Source of the DNA: a candidate division WOR-3 bacterium
Lineage (GTDB): Bacteria > Hydrothermota > Tepidihabitantia > Tepidihabitantales > Tepidihabitantaceae
DNA: 24,962 bases
Reading direction: 5' to 3'
Assembly: GCA_039801305.1 (NCBI GenBank)
Contig: JBDRUL010000001.1
Span: forward strand, 1 to 24,962
A program made the position numbers and the translations under genes. Shown here one piece after another: positions 22,589 through 24,962 of the stretch (position 1 is the first letter of the stretch; each line of letters opens with the position of its first letter). Below the pieces are notes generated by a model, which worked only from the letters and a program-made list of their open reading frames with translations, was not told the DNA's origin and ran no database searches.

Positions 22589-23500
22589 TTACTGAATAAT
22601 CGGTTTCAACCTTCTGCGGCCAGCATTAGGAGTCCACAGGTAGGCATCAAATCTGGCCTTCATCTTCTGATTTGCTGCCACGCAGACTCTGCCCTGGCTG
22701 TCCATCGCGTGTATCATCACAGGACCGGTAAACCCTGACTTGACCCGCGCCAGATCTGCCAGCGCTTCCCTGCATGCATCCTCCACTGTGGCACCTGCCT
22801 TCATGTAAAGCACCACTGATCGCGCTGTCCCTGCTCTTATGGTCATCTCACCGATATGTGTACAGCCACACGCGCCATAACGGTTGTCCGCATATAGCCC
22901 CGCGCCAATCACTGGCGAATCACCGACCCTGCCCGGATAGCGGTATGCCCAGCCCGAAGTACTCGTTCCGGCTCCGATGTTGCCCTCCCTGTCCATCGCC
23001 AAATAGACAACGGTACCCTTGGTGGCGATATCGGCTGCTGCCAGCCAGCAAAGTTCAGCAAGCCGACCTCGCCTCAGCCTGTTCCGACTGCCCAGCCGGC
23101 GCAGAACCCAGCGTTCATACGCGCGCCTTGCCCGCGCTGTCAGCAACTCCGCTCTCTCTGCCGAAATCTCGGCAGCAAACCGCGCGGCTCCCTTACCGAC
23201 CAGCATGACATGCGGCAACCGCTCCATCAGCTTACGCGCCACGCTGATGGGATGCCGGTAACCCTCCAGACACGCGACCGCGCCAGCCTCCAGCGTGGAA
23301 CCATCCATTATCGCCGCATCGAGCGCCATCCTGCCCAGAATATCAGGGGTCCCGCCCTTCCCCACCGATCTGACCCTCTCGTCACCTTCCACTGCCCTGA
23401 TACCTGCCTCGACCGCATCAAGCGCGCAGCTCCCCTTCCGTAACAAACTTACCGCTGCCCCGATTCCTGGCCAGCCTTCGCAACTTGTCAGAAGTACCAT
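22589..23500 (-). CDS. Isoaspartyl peptidase / plant-type asparaginase (Asparaginase_2, Ntn hydrolase)
   Basis: Motifs ALDAVEAGI, SVGKGG, LDAAIMDG, AGAVA...HPISVAR, PHVMLVG, G|TV (Thr nucleophile), AGTSTSG and PGRVGDSPVIGAG. Confidence 0.93.
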   Translation of the reverse strand: MVLLTSCEGWPGIGAAVSLLRKGSCALDAVEAGIRAVEGDERVRSVGKGGTPDILGRMALDAAIMDGSTLEAGAVACLEGYRHPISVARKLMERLPHVMLVGKGAARFAAEISAERAELLTARARRAYERWVLRRLGSRNRLRRGRLAELCWLAAADIATKGTVVYLAMDREGNIGAGTSTSGWAYRYPGRVGDSPVIGAGLYADNRYGACGCTHIGEMTIRAGTARSVVLYMKAGATVEDACREALADLARVKSGFTGPVMIHAMDSQGRVCVAANQKMKARFDAYLWTPNAGRRRLKPIIQ

Positions 23501-23508
23501 CTCCTGAG

Positions 23509-23595
23509 ATTGTAAGCAAGACCCTGACGGTGATCAATCCGCAAAACCGCCAGCCGGTTCTCGCTATTGCCCAAAGTCTCTGAATATGATACAAT
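23509..23595. promoter_or_regulatory. Divergent promoter pair, both leaderless or short-leader
   Basis: Minus: TTGATC(23537-23532)-N17-TACAAT(23514-23509), 8 nt before ATG 23500. Plus: TTGCCC(23567-23572)-N17-TACAAT(23590-23595) with an extended TG, 6 nt before ATG 23602. Confidence 0.65.
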
Positions 23596-23601
23596 TAGGC
23601 G

Positions 23602-24189
23602 ATGAGGGCATCGGACTCCCGTCCCGAAAGACCGGTTGAGCCGAAGGCGACCTATGGAGTCTTCGCCTACCCACGGCTGGATGTCGAACCGGAGCTGAAG
23701 AGCCTGCGCGAACGGTTCGAGTCAGACTCTGTCCAGCTGAAACCCTATATTCCCCTGATTGTGCCTCTTACACCCGCAACCCTCGATGATCTTCTCAGTG
23801 CGACCGAGTTTGTCAGCCGGGCAAGACGCAACCTCAAACCGCTGGCGTGCGCCTTTCGCAATGCTGTCGAGCGTGGCAACCTGATAGTCGTCGAATGTAT
23901 CGAAGGCGCAAATAATCTCATCCAACTACGACAGAACATCACCGGCAGTGATCCAGTCAGCTACATAAAGGATGCTGAAGGATTTGAACCAAGACTCGTC
24001 ATCGCCCGGGCAACCGACCCGCCCCTGCGTCTACGAATTATGCTCGAAACCAATCGCCTTGGCCGTATCGTCGCTCTCATCGATGCACTCACCCTGGTGA
24101 GGCTCATCTCCGAGGAACGCTGGCAACCAGTCGCCCGCTTTCCCTTCGGCATCGGTCGAATCGACTACTACGAGAAGATACTCTCCTAG
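23602..24189 (+). CDS. 2H-phosphoesterase / 2'-5' RNA ligase-fold protein with degenerate catalytic motifs
   Basis: The layout matches 2H proteins, but the two PH(I/L)T motifs read KPYIPLI and EPRLVIAR. The C-terminus ERWQPVARFPFG is typical of the fold. Confidence 0.65.
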   Translation: MRASDSRPERPVEPKATYGVFAYPRLDVEPELKSLRERFESDSVQLKPYIPLIVPLTPATLDDLLSATEFVSRARRNLKPLACAFRNAVERGNLIVVECIEGANNLIQLRQNITGSDPVSYIKDAEGFEPRLVIARATDPPLRLRIMLETNRLGRIVALIDALTLVRLISEERWQPVARFPFGIGRIDYYEKILS

Positions 24190-24369
24190 CCAAGGCTCCC
24201 TGCAGGCCGTCTGACTGTCCCAACAGGTTCAAACCTGAACGTTTCTGTTCCTGTCCTCCCGGCCCGCATTCGTAGTAACACTCGTCTTTTCAGACTGTTA
24301 TATTGTTGGCATAACCGTTGCTATTCAGTTGTTCCGATGAGCTGCAAGACCAAAACACGGAGGTTCACC

Positions 24370-24962
24370 ATGAAGAAGCTCTTGTCACTCATTGTGCTTC
24401 TGGCTGCTGGCTGGGCATTCGCCGGCGGCACCGGCAGCATTGTCGGAACAATCACCGATGCTGCCAGCGGCAATCCGGTTCCAAATGCGCTGGTTACTGC
24501 GCAGGGCAGGAACAATTCGGGCGGTCAAGCCTACACCGATGAGCGTGGGCACTACCTAATTGAAAACCTCGAACCCGGGCAGTACCGTGTCCGGGCTGAG
24601 CACCGCCATTACGAGCCTGGTGCCTATGGCAGTCCGGTCAGGGTTATGGCAAATCAGCCGACTACCGGCGTTCACATCCGGCTTCGTCCCAAGCAGCAGG
24701 AACCCGGTGTCATAACCGGTCGCGTCACCGATCGTGCCACTGGCGAACCCATTTCTGGTGCAGCAGTCGTTGCCCGTGGTCCCAGCGGCGGCGGCCGCGC
24801 CACAACCAACCGTAATGGCGAATACGCCATTCAGGGGCTCCAGCCCGGACGTTATCAGGTGGCTGCCGCTGCAAAGCGTTACCTGCGCGAGCAGTATCCT
24901 GAACCGGTCACTGTTCAGGCCGGTCAGGTCACGCCTGATATCGACTTTCAGCTCTCACACAA
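24370..24962 (+). CDS. Secreted protein with tandem carboxypeptidase-regulatory-like (Cna-B/beta-sandwich) repeats, partial
   Basis: Not in the track. GGAGG 24359-24363 precedes ATG 24370. Translation: MKKLLSLIVLLAAGWAFA|GGTGSIVGTITDAASGNPVPNALV...TDERGHYLIENLEPGQYRV..., then a second repeat GVITGRVTDRATGEPISGAAV...TNRNGEYAIQGLQPGRYQV. Open to the window end. Confidence 0.92.
   Translation, partial: MKKLLSLIVLLAAGWAFAGGTGSIVGTITDAASGNPVPNALVTAQGRNNSGGQAYTDERGHYLIENLEPGQYRVRAEHRHYEPGAYGSPVRVMANQPTTGVHIRLRPKQQEPGVITGRVTDRATGEPISGAAVVARGPSGGGRATTNRNGEYAIQGLQPGRYQVAAAAKRYLREQYPEPVTVQAGQVTPDIDFQLSH

Noticed and set aside
22320-22595. Plus-strand 91-aa ORF with two CxxCH motifs (CQLCH, CNGCH), suggesting a c-type cytochrome
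   Set aside because: Both motifs are simply the antisense of ATG-GCA-NNN-NNN-NCA on the other strand. The ORF has no SD, no signal peptide and a weak TTG start.
733-24542. The many short alternative-frame and antisense ORFs in the track (e.g. 10857-11600 +, 18354-19187 +, 19524-20150 +, 21057-21677 +)
   Set aside because: They overlap well-supported genes on the opposite strand, lack SDs and family motifs, and are expected shadows in GC-rich DNA.
1-24962. tRNA-Sec, other tRNA/rRNA, CRISPR arrays, transposases or integrases
   Set aside because: No cloverleaf with a TCA anticodon, no regularly spaced repeats and no transposase or integrase motifs were seen. GTTCAATCCC near 21975 lacks the rest of a tRNA.

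Overview
A GC-rich (visually roughly 55-60%) bacterial chromosomal window. It probably comes from an anaerobe of the WOR-3/FCB-associated candidate lineages; this is inferred from the GGPDxFGY-type secreted protein and several T9SS/FlgD-like C-terminal tails. The left end carries a secreted protein fragment, a TMTC-like membrane/TPR protein, murA-ispG and a secreted C45-type Ntn hydrolase. Positions 6075-23500 are a 17 kb all-minus-strand run with three parts. (1) A corrinoid methyl-transfer module: one corrinoid protein, two MtaA/URO-D-family methyltransferases and an ASKHA/RACE activator lacking an Fe-S domain. (2) Three 2-hydroxyacyl-CoA dehydratase/double-cubane-cluster family proteins with two HgdC-type ATP-dependent activators and a SAM methyltransferase. 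(3) Selenium machinery (a Sec-containing selD whose start the ORF track misses, yedF, DUF3343) next to an extracellular thiol-redox cassette. Hidden in that cassette, split into two ORFs by the track, is a 218-aa secreted protein with an in-frame UGA in a W-x4-C-x4-U motif, a SECIS-like hairpin and a sorting-type C-terminal tail. It is a candidate new selenoprotein family. Also present are several leaderless sigma70-type promoters, a perfect 22-bp palindrome and a structured 5' leader. The right end has an isoaspartyl peptidase/asparaginase, a degenerate 2H-phosphoesterase and a partial secreted protein with carboxypeptidase-regulatory-like repeats. No rRNA, tRNA, CRISPR array or transposase was recognised.
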